NCBI GenBank assembly: GCA_965249955.1
Contig: OZ252261.1
Span: 3,362,490-3,426,489 of the forward strand
DNA length: 64,000 nucleotides
Reading direction: 5' to 3'
Origin: Bacteroidia bacterium
Lineage (GTDB): Bacteria > Bacteroidota > Bacteroidia > UBA8524
The notes beneath the pieces are model-generated. The model did no database searches and was not told where the DNA came from. It was given only the letters and a program-made list of their open reading frames with translations. Made by a program: the position numbers and the translations under genes. Position 1 is the first letter of the stretch. Every line of letters begins with the position of its first letter. Of the stretch, positions 9,802-21,318 are shown one piece after another.

Positions 9802-10863
9802 ATGGGATTACTTAAAATACACGGTGATATACGGCTGGAACAGTTTTGGCCACGTGGAAAATCGGAGTCGGATGCTTCGAAAATAAAAATAACTTTGGGT
9901 GATAATGCTTTTGAATACAAAGCAGATGGTCAAGACAACTATACACCAACTCTTGTTTTTAATGAAGCTTACGTTCCTTATCAACGAAAAAAGCAAAAAA
10001 TAATAAAACGGGGCAATCAGCTTCTGGTACGTTTAGAAGGGGTTGATGCTCCTGAGCTACATTACACGCTTTATGGCCCTACACCTACTAAACACCCTAC
10101 ACGCAGAGGTAATTTGGATGTGTTTGATTATGAAAGTTTGATACAAGAAAGTAATTCTATTGAATACAGGCAGCCAATGGCCGAAACAGCAGTATACCAA
10201 TTACTTACATTTTTAAGCAAAGCCGCTAAAAGCGGTCAAGTACCATGTACTTTTATATGCAATGCCAATACTCCTGCTGATGCTTGTGATAAATACGGAC
10301 GTTTAGTGGGGAGTATGTATATAGTGGTTAATAAAAAAGAAATACACCTAAACCAATGGTTACTGCAAAACTCTTTAGCTTTTCCCGCACTATACAATAG
10401 CATGTCTATTGAAATGATAAAAGACTTTGCAACCATTACAAAACCATTGCTGCATGGCAATACCGGCGTGTATAAGCACTATAAAACCTATATAGGTGTT
10501 TTTGATGACGAGTTGCGTTATCGCCCCGAAATAAAAGCACAAGAGGTAAAACAAATATTATTACAAGATAAAGGGCATCTTATATACCCCAAACTATATA
10601 GGCGTTGGTGCATATACAATATATACAGGTTGGCCAGAGTACAGTTGGGCACATTTAGCGATTACCTTACTGTTGTTGATGATAAAATTTATTTTACTGA
10701 AGAATATTTGGCCAACAAGGGAGATGTGAAAAAACTAAACCAAAACAGCTTGGCAGCTCTTGTGCAACACAATAGGTTTACACAAGAGCTTAATAGTATA
10801 GTTTTTACCAAATCTCCAATCTCTCTTAAAAGTAAAAACGGAAAAAATATAAATGAGTGGTAA
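9802..10863 (+). CDS. Thermonuclease/SNase-like nuclease domain protein with an uncharacterised C-terminal extension; no signal peptide
   Basis: VRLEGVDAPE and DKYGRLVGSMYI...NQWLLQNSLA match the SNase motifs RLLLVDTPE and DKYGRGLAYIY...NEALVRQGLA. Confidence 0.6.
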   Translation: MGLLKIHGDIRLEQFWPRGKSESDASKIKITLGDNAFEYKADGQDNYTPTLVFNEAYVPYQRKKQKIIKRGNQLLVRLEGVDAPELHYTLYGPTPTKHPTRRGNLDVFDYESLIQESNSIEYRQPMAETAVYQLLTFLSKAAKSGQVPCTFICNANTPADACDKYGRLVGSMYIVVNKKEIHLNQWLLQNSLAFPALYNSMSIEMIKDFATITKPLLHGNTGVYKHYKTYIGVFDDELRYRPEIKAQEVKQILLQDKGHLIYPKLYRRWCIYNIYRLARVQLGTFSDYLTVVDDKIYFTEEYLANKGDVKKLNQNSLAALVQHNRFTQELNSIVFTKSPISLKSKNGKNINEW

Positions 10864-10870
10864 TTAGTAG

Positions 10871-10907
10871 CTGGGCTTATAAAAAGCCCAGTGCCATCAT
10901 ATTTTTA
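10871..10907 (+). terminator. Weak candidate terminator
   Basis: Stem CTGGGCTT/AAGCCCAG followed by a T-run about 11 nt downstream. Confidence 0.3.
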
Positions 10908-11026
10908 TACCAATAGTATAGTTATAACATACCAGTAAGTAAGTGGCTTATACAAAAACTGGGTACTTATTACTAACTTATGTGTGCAATAGATAATTTC
11001 TTTTTTTACACACTATGTAAAGGTAT

Positions 11027-12100
11027 ATGAACACATACACTGGTATAAAACTGCATAACAATCCCCGAATGAAATATTTGTTGCAGCCGCAATATCAACT
11101 ATTGAGGCACAGCTTATATATCGGTATTATTTTATTGTTTTGGTTTGCCTTTGGGTATAGAAGTATAAAAGAAGGCTATGTAGAAATATTGAAACTAATA
11201 GCCTATGCACTAAGCTACGTAGTAATTGTATACTTTAATTTTTTAGTGCTGATGCCCCGGTTGTTGTATAAAAACAAAATATGGCAATACTTGGTGCTCA
11301 CCTACGCATCATTTATAATAGGGTACGTGATACAGCAAGTTATTTATGCCGACGACTGGCAAGGCCTATCAATAATGCTAAACAATCGTTTTGATTTAAT
11401 ACGCGACATGATTATAAACGGAATTACCTTTTTTATGTTTTGCGGCATAGGGTGGTCGTTCAGTATGTTTAAAATGTGGCTTACCGATGAAAAGCGTATA
11501 CAAGACTTAACTACTGAAAATCTGAAGGCCGAGTTATCAAACCTAAAAAATCAAGTAAACCCTCATTTCCTGTTCAATGTATTTAATAATTTATACGTTA
11601 CAAGTAAAACAGAACCAGCCAAAGTGCCCGATATGATTTTAGATATAGCAGACCTGATGCGCTATCAATTGGACGAGTGTAGTAAAGAAAAAGTGCCCTT
11701 AGATAGCGAGATAAACTATATAAAGAATTTTTTGAGGATAGAAAGAGAAAGAAAAGAGAACCCTGATATACAATTTTTTGTTGAAGGAAAAACAAGTAAT
11801 ATGATGGTAGAACCCTTGCTATTTGTAGCTTTAGTAGAAAATGCTTTTAAGCACGGGCTATCAAAATTAGAAAAAGGTTACGTTTTTATCACACTCAGCA
11901 CACATAATAGTAACAAAGTGCATCTTAATGTTAGAAACAGTAAACCTGTTGAGCCTATAAATGAAGCTAAAACCCGTGCAGGTATTGGGTTAGATAATCT
12001 GAAAAAGAGATTAGAACTAAGTTATCAGAATAGGCACAAATTGGATATTGTTGATGATAAAGATGTATTTACAGCTAACCTAGAACTTCAACTGGAATGA
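11027..12100 (+). CDS. LytS/YehU-type sensor histidine kinase
   Basis: Five or six TM helices followed by the His_kinase (PF06580) signature NQVNPHFLFNVFNNL and an HATPase region. Confidence 0.85.
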   Translation: MNTYTGIKLHNNPRMKYLLQPQYQLLRHSLYIGIILLFWFAFGYRSIKEGYVEILKLIAYALSYVVIVYFNFLVLMPRLLYKNKIWQYLVLTYASFIIGYVIQQVIYADDWQGLSIMLNNRFDLIRDMIINGITFFMFCGIGWSFSMFKMWLTDEKRIQDLTTENLKAELSNLKNQVNPHFLFNVFNNLYVTSKTEPAKVPDMILDIADLMRYQLDECSKEKVPLDSEINYIKNFLRIERERKENPDIQFFVEGKTSNMMVEPLLFVALVENAFKHGLSKLEKGYVFITLSTHNSNKVHLNVRNSKPVEPINEAKTRAGIGLDNLKKRLELSYQNRHKLDIVDDKDVFTANLELQLE

Positions 12101-12822
12101 AATGTATTGTTATTGATGATGAACCACTTGGTAGGCAAGGGGTAGAAATGCTTGTGAGTGAAATGCCCGATTTAGAACTACTAAATAGTTTTTCAAATGC
12201 TGTTGATGCCGGGCAATTTTTGCAACAACAAGGTGCTGACCTGATATTTCTAGATATAGAAATGCCTCGAATTAATGGTATTGATTTTCTTCGAAATTTG
12301 CCAAATGCACCAATGGTAATTTTTACTACTGCATATCCTCAATATGCTATTGAAGGATTTGAGTTGGATGTGGTAGATTATTTAGTGAAACCTATCCGTT
12401 TCGAGCGTTTTTTTCGAGCAGTAACAAAAGCACGCGCAGTACACAATGCTATGCAGGGGCTTAACGATGCCAATAATAATTTTGCAATTACTGATGAAGA
12501 CCACGTTTTTGTGCGTGCCGATAGAAAGTTTGTAAAACTATACCTTAAGGATATTGATGTAATAGAGGGGTTAAAAGACTACTCTATAATACATACCAAT
12601 GGCGATAAAACAATTACCGCCATGAACCTTAAAACAATCGAAAGTCAGTTGCCGCCCGATTTGTTTGTGCGTGTAAACAAATCATACATTGTAAATAAAA
12701 ATCATATCTCGCTTGTAGAGAGCGATAACCTACATATAGGCAAAAGGCAAGTGCCTATTGGCGAACGTTACCGTCAAGATTTTTTCGATCGTGTAATAAA
12801 AGACCATTGGATAAAACGCTAA
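12097..12822 (+). CDS. LytTR family response regulator
   Basis: Receiver domain (IVIDDEP...LDIEMP) plus a LytTR DNA-binding domain. It overlaps the kinase gene by 4 bp. Confidence 0.9.
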   Translation: MKCIVIDDEPLGRQGVEMLVSEMPDLELLNSFSNAVDAGQFLQQQGADLIFLDIEMPRINGIDFLRNLPNAPMVIFTTAYPQYAIEGFELDVVDYLVKPIRFERFFRAVTKARAVHNAMQGLNDANNNFAITDEDHVFVRADRKFVKLYLKDIDVIEGLKDYSIIHTNGDKTITAMNLKTIESQLPPDLFVRVNKSYIVNKNHISLVESDNLHIGKRQVPIGERYRQDFFDRVIKDHWIKR

Positions 12823-12826
12823 GCGT

Positions 12827-13246
12827 TTATTTCCTTCGGCCAAACAAAACATTGTCGATAGAAAACTTGCCTGCACCCGCAAGCAATACCAATAACATTA
12901 TAGAAAAATAGATTAACGCCAACTCGTACGAAGGGCGACCAACAAAAGGGTCGCCGTTTAGTATGGCGTGTTTATATGTGGCGTATGCCATAGTGCACAA
13001 AACGCCAAAAGCAGCTAAAGGTGTTAGTAAGCCTAAAGCAACAAACAAACCACCAAAAAATTCAGAAACGGCAGCCAAAGCCTGTAAAATAGCAGGTATA
13101 TTACTATCATCGCCCATCCAGCCCAAAGGGTTTTGTATTTTACCCCACCCGTGCTGCATCATGGCAATACCGGCAACAAGCCTTAGTATTACAATGGCTA
13201 TATTATAATTAGTAGAAGCTTGTGGAACTGCAAATATTTTCCTCAT
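12827..13246 (-). CDS. DoxX family membrane protein
   Basis: 139 aa with 4 TM helices and a DoxX-like sequence. Confidence 0.75.
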   Translation of the reverse strand: MRKIFAVPQASTNYNIAIVILRLVAGIAMMQHGWGKIQNPLGWMGDDSNIPAILQALAAVSEFFGGLFVALGLLTPLAAFGVLCTMAYATYKHAILNGDPFVGRPSYELALIYFSIMLLVLLAGAGKFSIDNVLFGRRK

Positions 13247-13785
13247 TATTCCACAGATACACTATCCATTGCTTGTATTTCAGAAGTGCTGTCTTTAGAT
13301 TTTTTCTCTATATCCTTAGTCCACTCGGGCAACGTACCTATATAGGGCAAATTTTGCCTTGTACTTTCTGCCATTTTATGGTTGGGGTACAGTCCCAAAA
13401 ACTCTTTGTAAGCAGCTTTAGCCTGTGGCACATCGCCCAACATATTTTCATAAATAAATCCCTTATAAAACAAAGCATCACCAGCCATTTCATTTTCAGG
13501 GTAACGCTGCGTAAAAAGCGAAAACAACTCTATACTTTTTGCATAAGCACCGGTGTTTTGGTACAATTCGGCAGCCTTAAACAGATACGAAGGTGTTTTT
13601 TCATCCTCTTTAAATTTTTCAGCATACTCCTCATACAGTTGCGCCAATGCCGTTGCCGATTCAATATTTTCTTTATCAGCCTTAGCTTCTGTAGCCGTAA
13701 TTTTTTGTTGCAGTTTCTTTTGTTCAGAGTTACAGCTTACTAGCAAGGCAAGTAAAAAAATGTATACAAATGGTTTCAGTTTCAT
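13246..13785 (-). CDS. TPR-like lipoprotein
   Basis: Lipobox LLVSC and tetratricopeptide-like repeats. The ATG at 13785 is preferred over the TTG at 13800. Confidence 0.55.
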   Translation of the reverse strand: MKLKPFVYIFLLALLVSCNSEQKKLQQKITATEAKADKENIESATALAQLYEEYAEKFKEDEKTPSYLFKAAELYQNTGAYAKSIELFSLFTQRYPENEMAGDALFYKGFIYENMLGDVPQAKAAYKEFLGLYPNHKMAESTRQNLPYIGTLPEWTKDIEKKSKDSTSEIQAMDSVSVE

Positions 13786-13899
13786 AATGTGTGTAAGCAA
13801 AAATAAGGGTTTTGTTCACATCTGCATATAAACTATATAATGCTTTTTTGTGGAGTACATAAATTTAACAGAAAAATACATTAAAAATATTATGTAAAT

Positions 13900-14040
13900 A
13901 TAAAAAACATAAATACCTTTGTGCCCGATGATGATATTTTTACAACATACCGCATTCGATTCTTTTCTGCTAGCACATAGCAGTGAGTGCTGCTGTTGTA
14001 TCTGTTGTTGCTAATAACAACCCCTTACTTTTTTCAATTT
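13900..14040 (+). promoter_or_regulatory. metY leader carrying a Bacteroidota-type promoter, overlapping alternative hairpins and an intrinsic terminator (GTTGTTGC-TAAT-AACAAC followed by a T-run at 14003-14033)
   Basis: TAccTTTG (-7-like) at about 13912. CTGCTA/TAGCAG and GCAG/CTGC are mutually exclusive pairings. The terminator is followed by about 200 nt before the metY ATG. Confidence 0.4.
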
Positions 14041-14134
14041 CCAGTTCCTCATTTCATTTTTTTTAATCGATAAAAAGTTATGGACGCTTTAGCGGCTTTA
14101 ATACGCAATTTTTACGCAGCAATATGTTGCCTAA

Positions 14135-15577
<1,443 letters not shown>

Positions 15578-15684
15578 CCCCTTAGTCCTTTAGGAAAACC
15601 TTACAACAACCTTTCATAAATAATGTACTGCCTTGCTGCTCGCAAGGGCGGCAGGGTAGTTTTTGTCCTAAAAAAAGAGAAAAA

Positions 15685-16683
15685 ATGACTGTTATAGCAC
15701 AAGAAACAACAGGGGTATTTGATACCGAAACACAGTTTACTTTAGAAAATGGCGAGGTATTGCCATCGCTTACCATTGCCTATACCATACAGGGAAATAT
15801 TAATGCCATTGCTGATAATATAATTTGGGTGTGCCATGCACTTACAGCCAATGCCAATGCTACCGAATGGTGGGGGGATTTGATAGGAGAGGGCAAAACC
15901 TTTGATATTAATAAGTATGCCGTAGTATGTGCCAATATTATAGGCTCGCCTTATGGTAGTACAAGCCCGCTAACCATTAACCCCAACACAGGTAAAAACT
16001 ACGGTTTAGATTTTCCTTTAGTAACCATACGCGATATGGCAAAAGCATGGGAACTATTGCGTAAACATTTAGGTATAAATAGTATACACCTGCTTATTGG
16101 CGGCTCAATGGGCGGGCAGCAAGCACTGGAGTGGGCAATAATCAATCCTGATGTTATACAAAACCTTGTTTTACTGGCAACCAATGCGCAACATTCGGCT
16201 TGGGGCATAGCTTTTAACGAAGCTCAACGATTAGCCATACAAGCAGGTGAAAGAGGTTTAGAAGCCGCACGAGCCATAGCCATGTTATCTTACAGAAATT
16301 ATAATCTTTACAACCAAACACAGGCCGATGAAGACAATGTGTTACAAGAGCACAAAGCTGCTACCTACCAACAATATCAGGGGCAAAAATTGGCAGCCCG
16401 CTTTGATGCGAATTGCTATATAAGCCTTAGCCGCAGTATGGATACTCACAATGTGGGTAGGGGACGGGGAGGTGTTAAACAAGCCCTTAAACAAGTGAAA
16501 GCCAAAACAGTAGTAATAGGTATATCAACCGATATACTTTTCCCTCCGCAAGAACAATCGTTTTTAGCGCGCAATATCAAAGGGGCATATCTGGGTATTG
16601 TTAGCTCCATTTATGGGCACGATGCCTTTTTGATAGAAACCCAACAAATAGCCAACATTATAAAACAATACAAACTGGTATGA
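15685..16683 (+). CDS. metX: Homoserine O-acetyltransferase
   Basis: Alpha/beta hydrolase with the nucleophile motif GGSMGG and a MetX-like sequence. Confidence 0.9.
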   Translation: MTVIAQETTGVFDTETQFTLENGEVLPSLTIAYTIQGNINAIADNIIWVCHALTANANATEWWGDLIGEGKTFDINKYAVVCANIIGSPYGSTSPLTINPNTGKNYGLDFPLVTIRDMAKAWELLRKHLGINSIHLLIGGSMGGQQALEWAIINPDVIQNLVLLATNAQHSAWGIAFNEAQRLAIQAGERGLEAARAIAMLSYRNYNLYNQTQADEDNVLQEHKAATYQQYQGQKLAARFDANCYISLSRSMDTHNVGRGRGGVKQALKQVKAKTVVIGISTDILFPPQEQSFLARNIKGAYLGIVSSIYGHDAFLIETQQIANIIKQYKLV

Positions 16684-17933
16684 AAAATTTAAAAATAGGA
16701 TTATTTGGCTTTGGCTGTGTAGGTCAGGGCTTTTATAAAGTATTAGAAAACAACGGACAAACAAAAAACATAGCCAAAATAGTGGTGAAAGACCCAAGCA
16801 AAAGCCGCTCGTTACCCGCCAATAGGTTTGTGTACAACAAGCACGATATTTTGGGTGATGAAAGCATTAATCTGGTGGTAGAAGTGATAGATGATGCCGA
16901 TGAAGCCTTTGAAATAGTAAAAACAGCATTAAGCAAAGGCAAAGCAGTAGTTAGTGCTAACAAAAAAATGATAGCTACCCGCTTGCAAGAGCTGCTAAAC
17001 CTGCAAAAGCAATACAAAACACCCTTTCTGTACGATGCAGCAATCTGCGGCAGCATACCCATACTGCGAACGGTGGATAGTTATTTTGCTACCGATGAAA
17101 TACAAAGCCTGCAAGGCATTTTTAACGGTACTACCAATTATATACTAACCCGCACAGCCGAAGGCGAAACCTATGCCCAAGCATTAGAAAAAGCACAACA
17201 ACTGGGCTTTGCCGAGACCGACCCTACACTGGATGTAGGGGGCTTTGACCCGAAATACAAACTCACTCTTTTATTGGCACAAGCCTTTGGTGTAGTAGTC
17301 CCTCCAACAGAAATACTGAACATAGGTATTAACAAACTACTACCTCTTGATGTTGAGTTTGCCGAAAAAAGAGGGTATAACATAAAACTATTGGCTCAAG
17401 CTCAAAAAGCGGGAAGCCGCTTGTGGGGTTATGTGCTGCCTAGTTTTGTGAGCAAAAAAAGCCGATTGTTTGGGGTGAAAAACGAGTACAATGCCGTGTG
17501 GTTGCAAACTCGTCAAGCCGATGGGCAGTTTTACGAAGGGAAAGGGGCAGGTAGCTTGCCCACAGGTCAAGCAGTGGCAGCCGATGTGTTGGCTTTAGCG
17601 CAGGGATATAGCTATCAGTACCCAAAACTTGAAACCATTGTCCCTGCTTACACTGATGACAAAGCCTTGCGTGTATACCTTCGCTATGGGGATGAAGCCA
17701 TGGCCAAAAAGTTGGGTTTTGTACCCGATGGGGTAATCCATTATGCAAAAGGGTATTACCAAAGTACAGGGACAGTTTACATTGGTGAATTACTAAGAAA
17801 CAATGCAGCACAAACTGAAGGTTTATTTATAGCCGCATTGCCCGAAGGCGAAGACGAAAACAAATTTTTGGATGAAGAGCAAAACCAACGCAAAAAACTA
17901 TTAGCGTATAGTGCATTGCCTTTGATGTATTAA
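16680..17933 (+). CDS. hom: Homoserine dehydrogenase
   Basis: N-terminal GLFGFGCVGQG Rossmann motif and homoserine dehydrogenase catalytic region. It overlaps metX by 4 bp. Confidence 0.88.
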   Translation: MKNLKIGLFGFGCVGQGFYKVLENNGQTKNIAKIVVKDPSKSRSLPANRFVYNKHDILGDESINLVVEVIDDADEAFEIVKTALSKGKAVVSANKKMIATRLQELLNLQKQYKTPFLYDAAICGSIPILRTVDSYFATDEIQSLQGIFNGTTNYILTRTAEGETYAQALEKAQQLGFAETDPTLDVGGFDPKYKLTLLLAQAFGVVVPPTEILNIGINKLLPLDVEFAEKRGYNIKLLAQAQKAGSRLWGYVLPSFVSKKSRLFGVKNEYNAVWLQTRQADGQFYEGKGAGSLPTGQAVAADVLALAQGYSYQYPKLETIVPAYTDDKALRVYLRYGDEAMAKKLGFVPDGVIHYAKGYYQSTGTVYIGELLRNNAAQTEGLFIAALPEGEDENKFLDEEQNQRKKLLAYSALPLMY

Positions 17934-17950
17934 TTTGATGATTAAGTTAT

Positions 17951-18042
17951 GGGGTTGAAATCCCATTCTGTTAAAATTACATCCCTAAGAAGGACTTAAG
18001 TCCTTCTTAGGGATGTAATTACAAAAGCGGTTGGTTTTAACC
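17951..18042. repeat. Structured intergenic repeat element, copy 1: small hairpin, long central hairpin with GGACTTAAGTCC apex, small GGTTGGTTTTAACC hairpin
   Basis: Central hairpin AATTACATCCCTAAGAAGGACTTAAGTCCTTCTTAGGGATGTAATT. The flanks are shared with the copies at about 25.95 kb and 34.35 kb. Confidence 0.75.
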
Positions 18043-18171
18043 TGCCGCATATAGCTGTCATTCCCTCAAAAGAGCGAATCTATGTGTAGGTAATAACCTT
18101 TCGCACAGATTCCCAATTTTAAATGGGAATGATTTTCCCTCCGCACCTCTTATTTTCTTTTTCTGTTAATA

Positions 18172-18825
18172 TCAATATCCCTCTTTTCCTGTTTTTAGCC
18201 TCACCATAAGCCATGTAATTATAGCCGAACCTATTACCGTAGGGGCTAGCCATACCACTACCGAAGGCAGAAAAGTTAAATTTACAGCCAAAAATGCTGT
18301 TACCGTTGCTATATATCCCGCCAACATACCCGTAACGTGGCGGTACAGCCAGTCCTTAGGGTCAGTGGGGCGTTTAATAAAACGTTGTATAGTTCGTAGC
18401 ACAAGAGCAATACCAATCCCTCCAAAAGCCAAAGCTACAAAGCCGAAGCCATTTTCTGCCAACAATGCTTTTGTTCCAAAATACACCAAGCCAATATTAA
18501 ACAGCAAGGTAATAGCAATCACAGCCCAATCGTACCACTTTGGTTTTTGCCCTTGGTGAAGCAGCTTTTGAGCTAACGCACGGCGGGCATCCCAAATGGA
18601 GTAAAAGCTAAAAACGCCCACCATAAATAAAAACGCATTGCCCTTATAGCCCGCTATAAAAAAAGCAGTAGCAGTAACCACCAGCATACTATAAAAATAA
18701 AAACGCCCTGCAATGCGGTGTTTAGGTGTTTGCTTGCGCAAATAAATAGCAAAAGGGGCAGAGAGAAGAGCTAACGTTCCGCCTCCAATATGTACCATAA
18801 GCGATAATTGTATTAGTGTTTCCAT
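18172..18825 (-). CDS. Hypothetical integral membrane protein
   Basis: 217 aa with 6 predicted TM helices and no motif. Confidence 0.5.
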   Translation of the reverse strand: METLIQLSLMVHIGGGTLALLSAPFAIYLRKQTPKHRIAGRFYFYSMLVVTATAFFIAGYKGNAFLFMVGVFSFYSIWDARRALAQKLLHQGQKPKWYDWAVIAITLLFNIGLVYFGTKALLAENGFGFVALAFGGIGIALVLRTIQRFIKRPTDPKDWLYRHVTGMLAGYIATVTAFLAVNLTFLPSVVVWLAPTVIGSAIITWLMVRLKTGKEGY

Positions 18826-18979
18826 AGTGTAACAAAGGTTGCCATAACACCATCATTATAAAATAAATAGGCGATAAGATGTGTTTTTTTGTGAGTGAAC
18901 GATAGAAAACAGCCGATAGTCTGAAACAGCGCACACATAAAATAAAATACGTTTATTTGTAGGCTTTGTAAAAAAACAA

Positions 18980-21169
18980 ATGATGAAAAAAATATCACTA
19001 CTGCTATTATTCCTTATTTCACTGGGTGTTTATGCCCAAAATAAGCAACTTACTATTGAAGATTGCATACTAAAACGCGGTACCACCCTTGCCCCCAAAA
19101 ACATTCAAAATTTGGCGTGGGTGCCCAATACACAATTGGTATCGTATAGGGTAGAAGACGAGACTAATGGCGATTATCTTGCCGTTTACAACTTTAAAAA
19201 CAAAGCTCAAACCAATATAACCCTGCAAGATTTAAACCTTGCTTTGGCCAATTTTCAATCGGTATTTGGTGCACCGGGCAAGCGCAACGATAAATTTAAA
19301 ACGCTACCATCGGGTTTGTCGTGGCAAAACAAAAACGAGTTACTAATAGCTAGTGGTGATACGTATTACCTATACAATTACACCGAAAAAAATATGAGGG
19401 TGTTGAATACTACCCCCGAAGGTGCTGAAAATACAGATAAACACACCAACGGAAACATTGCCTATACCATAGGCAACAACCTATATATAAAACCAGCCAT
19501 AGGCAATGCTGTTGCCGTAACCAATGATACTAAAGACGGTGTTGTTAACGGTATAGCCGCTCACCGAAGCGAGTTTGGTATAGTAAAAGGTACATTTTGG
19601 AGCAACGATGGTAATAAACTAGCCTTTTACCACATGGACGAAAGCATGGTAACCGAAGTAACCCGTTATAATTTTGGTACATACCCGGGTGGTAACAACG
19701 CATTCCGTTACCCAATGGCAGGGCAAAAAAGCCATCATGTTACCATAGGTGTATACGATGCCGCTAAAAACAAAACCGTTTACTTAGAAACGGGCGAACC
19801 GCTAGAGCAATACCTAACCAATATTACTTGGAGTCCTGATGATAAATACATATACATTGCCTGTGTGATGCGTGATCAAGAACAAATGTACCTGAAACGT
19901 TATGATGCAGCCACAGGAAAACTAGAGCAAATATTGTTTGAAGAAAAAAACGACCGTTGGGTTGAGCCTGAAAATGGCCCCATGTTTTTGCCTAATGATG
20001 CTAAAAAAATGATTTGGCAAAGTGAGCGCGATGGCTACAACCACCTATACCTTTACAATACTGATGGTAAACTAATCCGTCAACTAACAAAAGGCAATTG
20101 GATGGTAACCGAACTTTTGGGTATTGACGAAAAAGGTAAGTATGCCTACTTCACCGCAACTAAACGCAGCCCTTTAGATAATACAGTATATGCTGTTAAA
20201 CTTTCAAACGGAGATATTACCGAATTGGCAACCCAAGTAGGTAGGCACTATGTACAGTTTACTACTGATTACAGCTACTTTATTGATAACAATACAAGTT
20301 ACCAAGTACCTCGTAACATCAGCATTAAAAATGGCAGCAATGGCAAAACCGAATACGAAATGCTTAATGCTCCCAATCCATTGGCTGATTACCAATTAGG
20401 AGAAACCAATGTGTTTACTATTAAAAGCACCGACGGCACTACCGATTTGTATGCCCGTATGATAAAACCTACCAATTTCGACCCTAATAAAAAATACCCT
20501 GTGGTGGTATACCTATACGGTGGCCCTCATTTGCAACTAATAAGCAATAGCTTTTTAAATAGTGCCGACCTTTGGATGAACTATATGGCACAACAAGGTT
20601 TTGTAGTGTTTAGTATAGATAATAGAGGAAGCGCCAACAGAGGTTTTGAGTTTGAAAGCGCCATACACCGCCGCGTGGGTACTGTGGAGATTGAAGACCA
20701 ATTGGCGGGTGTGAATTATCTTAAACAACAAAAATTTGTTGATAGCAGCCGCATGGCTGTATTTGGTTGGAGTTTTGGTGGTTTTATGACTACCAGCTTG
20801 ATGACCCGCACGGCAGGAACATTTAAAGTAGGTATTGCGGGCGGCCCTGTTATAGATTGGCGTATGTACGAAATAATGTATACCGAACGCTATATGGATG
20901 CCCCGATAGAAAATCCTGAAGGTTACGAGAACAACAGCCTGCTGAACTACGTGCAAAACTTGCAAGGCAAACTTTTAATGATACACGGCACAAGCGACAA
21001 TGTGGTTGTGTGGCAACACAGTTTAGAGTACGTTAAAAAAGCAGTTACACTAGGCAAACAAATGGATTATTTTGTATACCCTGCCCACGAGCACAATGTA
21101 CGCGGAAAAGACCGTGTGCACCTATACCAAAAAGTTACCGATTATATAATGGACAATATTGATAAGTAG
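18980..21169 (+). CDS. S9 family peptidase, dipeptidyl-peptidase IV-like
   Basis: Signal peptide, DPP-IV-like beta-propeller region and the S9 catalytic motif GWSFGG. Confidence 0.85.
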   Translation: MMKKISLLLLFLISLGVYAQNKQLTIEDCILKRGTTLAPKNIQNLAWVPNTQLVSYRVEDETNGDYLAVYNFKNKAQTNITLQDLNLALANFQSVFGAPGKRNDKFKTLPSGLSWQNKNELLIASGDTYYLYNYTEKNMRVLNTTPEGAENTDKHTNGNIAYTIGNNLYIKPAIGNAVAVTNDTKDGVVNGIAAHRSEFGIVKGTFWSNDGNKLAFYHMDESMVTEVTRYNFGTYPGGNNAFRYPMAGQKSHHVTIGVYDAAKNKTVYLETGEPLEQYLTNITWSPDDKYIYIACVMRDQEQMYLKRYDAATGKLEQILFEEKNDRWVEPENGPMFLPNDAKKMIWQSERDGYNHLYLYNTDGKLIRQLTKGNWMVTELLGIDEKGKYAYFTATKRSPLDNTVYAVKLSNGDITELATQVGRHYVQFTTDYSYFIDNNTSYQVPRNISIKNGSNGKTEYEMLNAPNPLADYQLGETNVFTIKSTDGTTDLYARMIKPTNFDPNKKYPVVVYLYGGPHLQLISNSFLNSADLWMNYMAQQGFVVFSIDNRGSANRGFEFESAIHRRVGTVEIEDQLAGVNYLKQQKFVDSSRMAVFGWSFGGFMTTSLMTRTAGTFKVGIAGGPVIDWRMYEIMYTERYMDAPIENPEGYENNSLLNYVQNLQGKLLMIHGTSDNVVVWQHSLEYVKKAVTLGKQMDYFVYPAHEHNVRGKDRVHLYQKVTDYIMDNIDK

Positions 21170-21318
21170 TCAATAGTTTCAAGTTTAAGGTTCTATGTTT
21201 TAAGAATGTTGTTTCAACCCAAAACCCTTAACCTAGAACTAGCCCTTAAAATCTGGAACTTTAAACAGCCTTTGCCAATTAAGCCCCAAAAACCTATTTT
21301 CGCATAAATTTAATACCA

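Noticed and set aside
13900-14000. SAM-I riboswitch core upstream of metY
   Set aside because: I looked for the conserved SAM-I elements (the ATCAAGAG and GGTGGAGGGA blocks, the GGCAACC segment) and did not find them. A riboswitch is therefore only proposed generically, via the attenuator structure.
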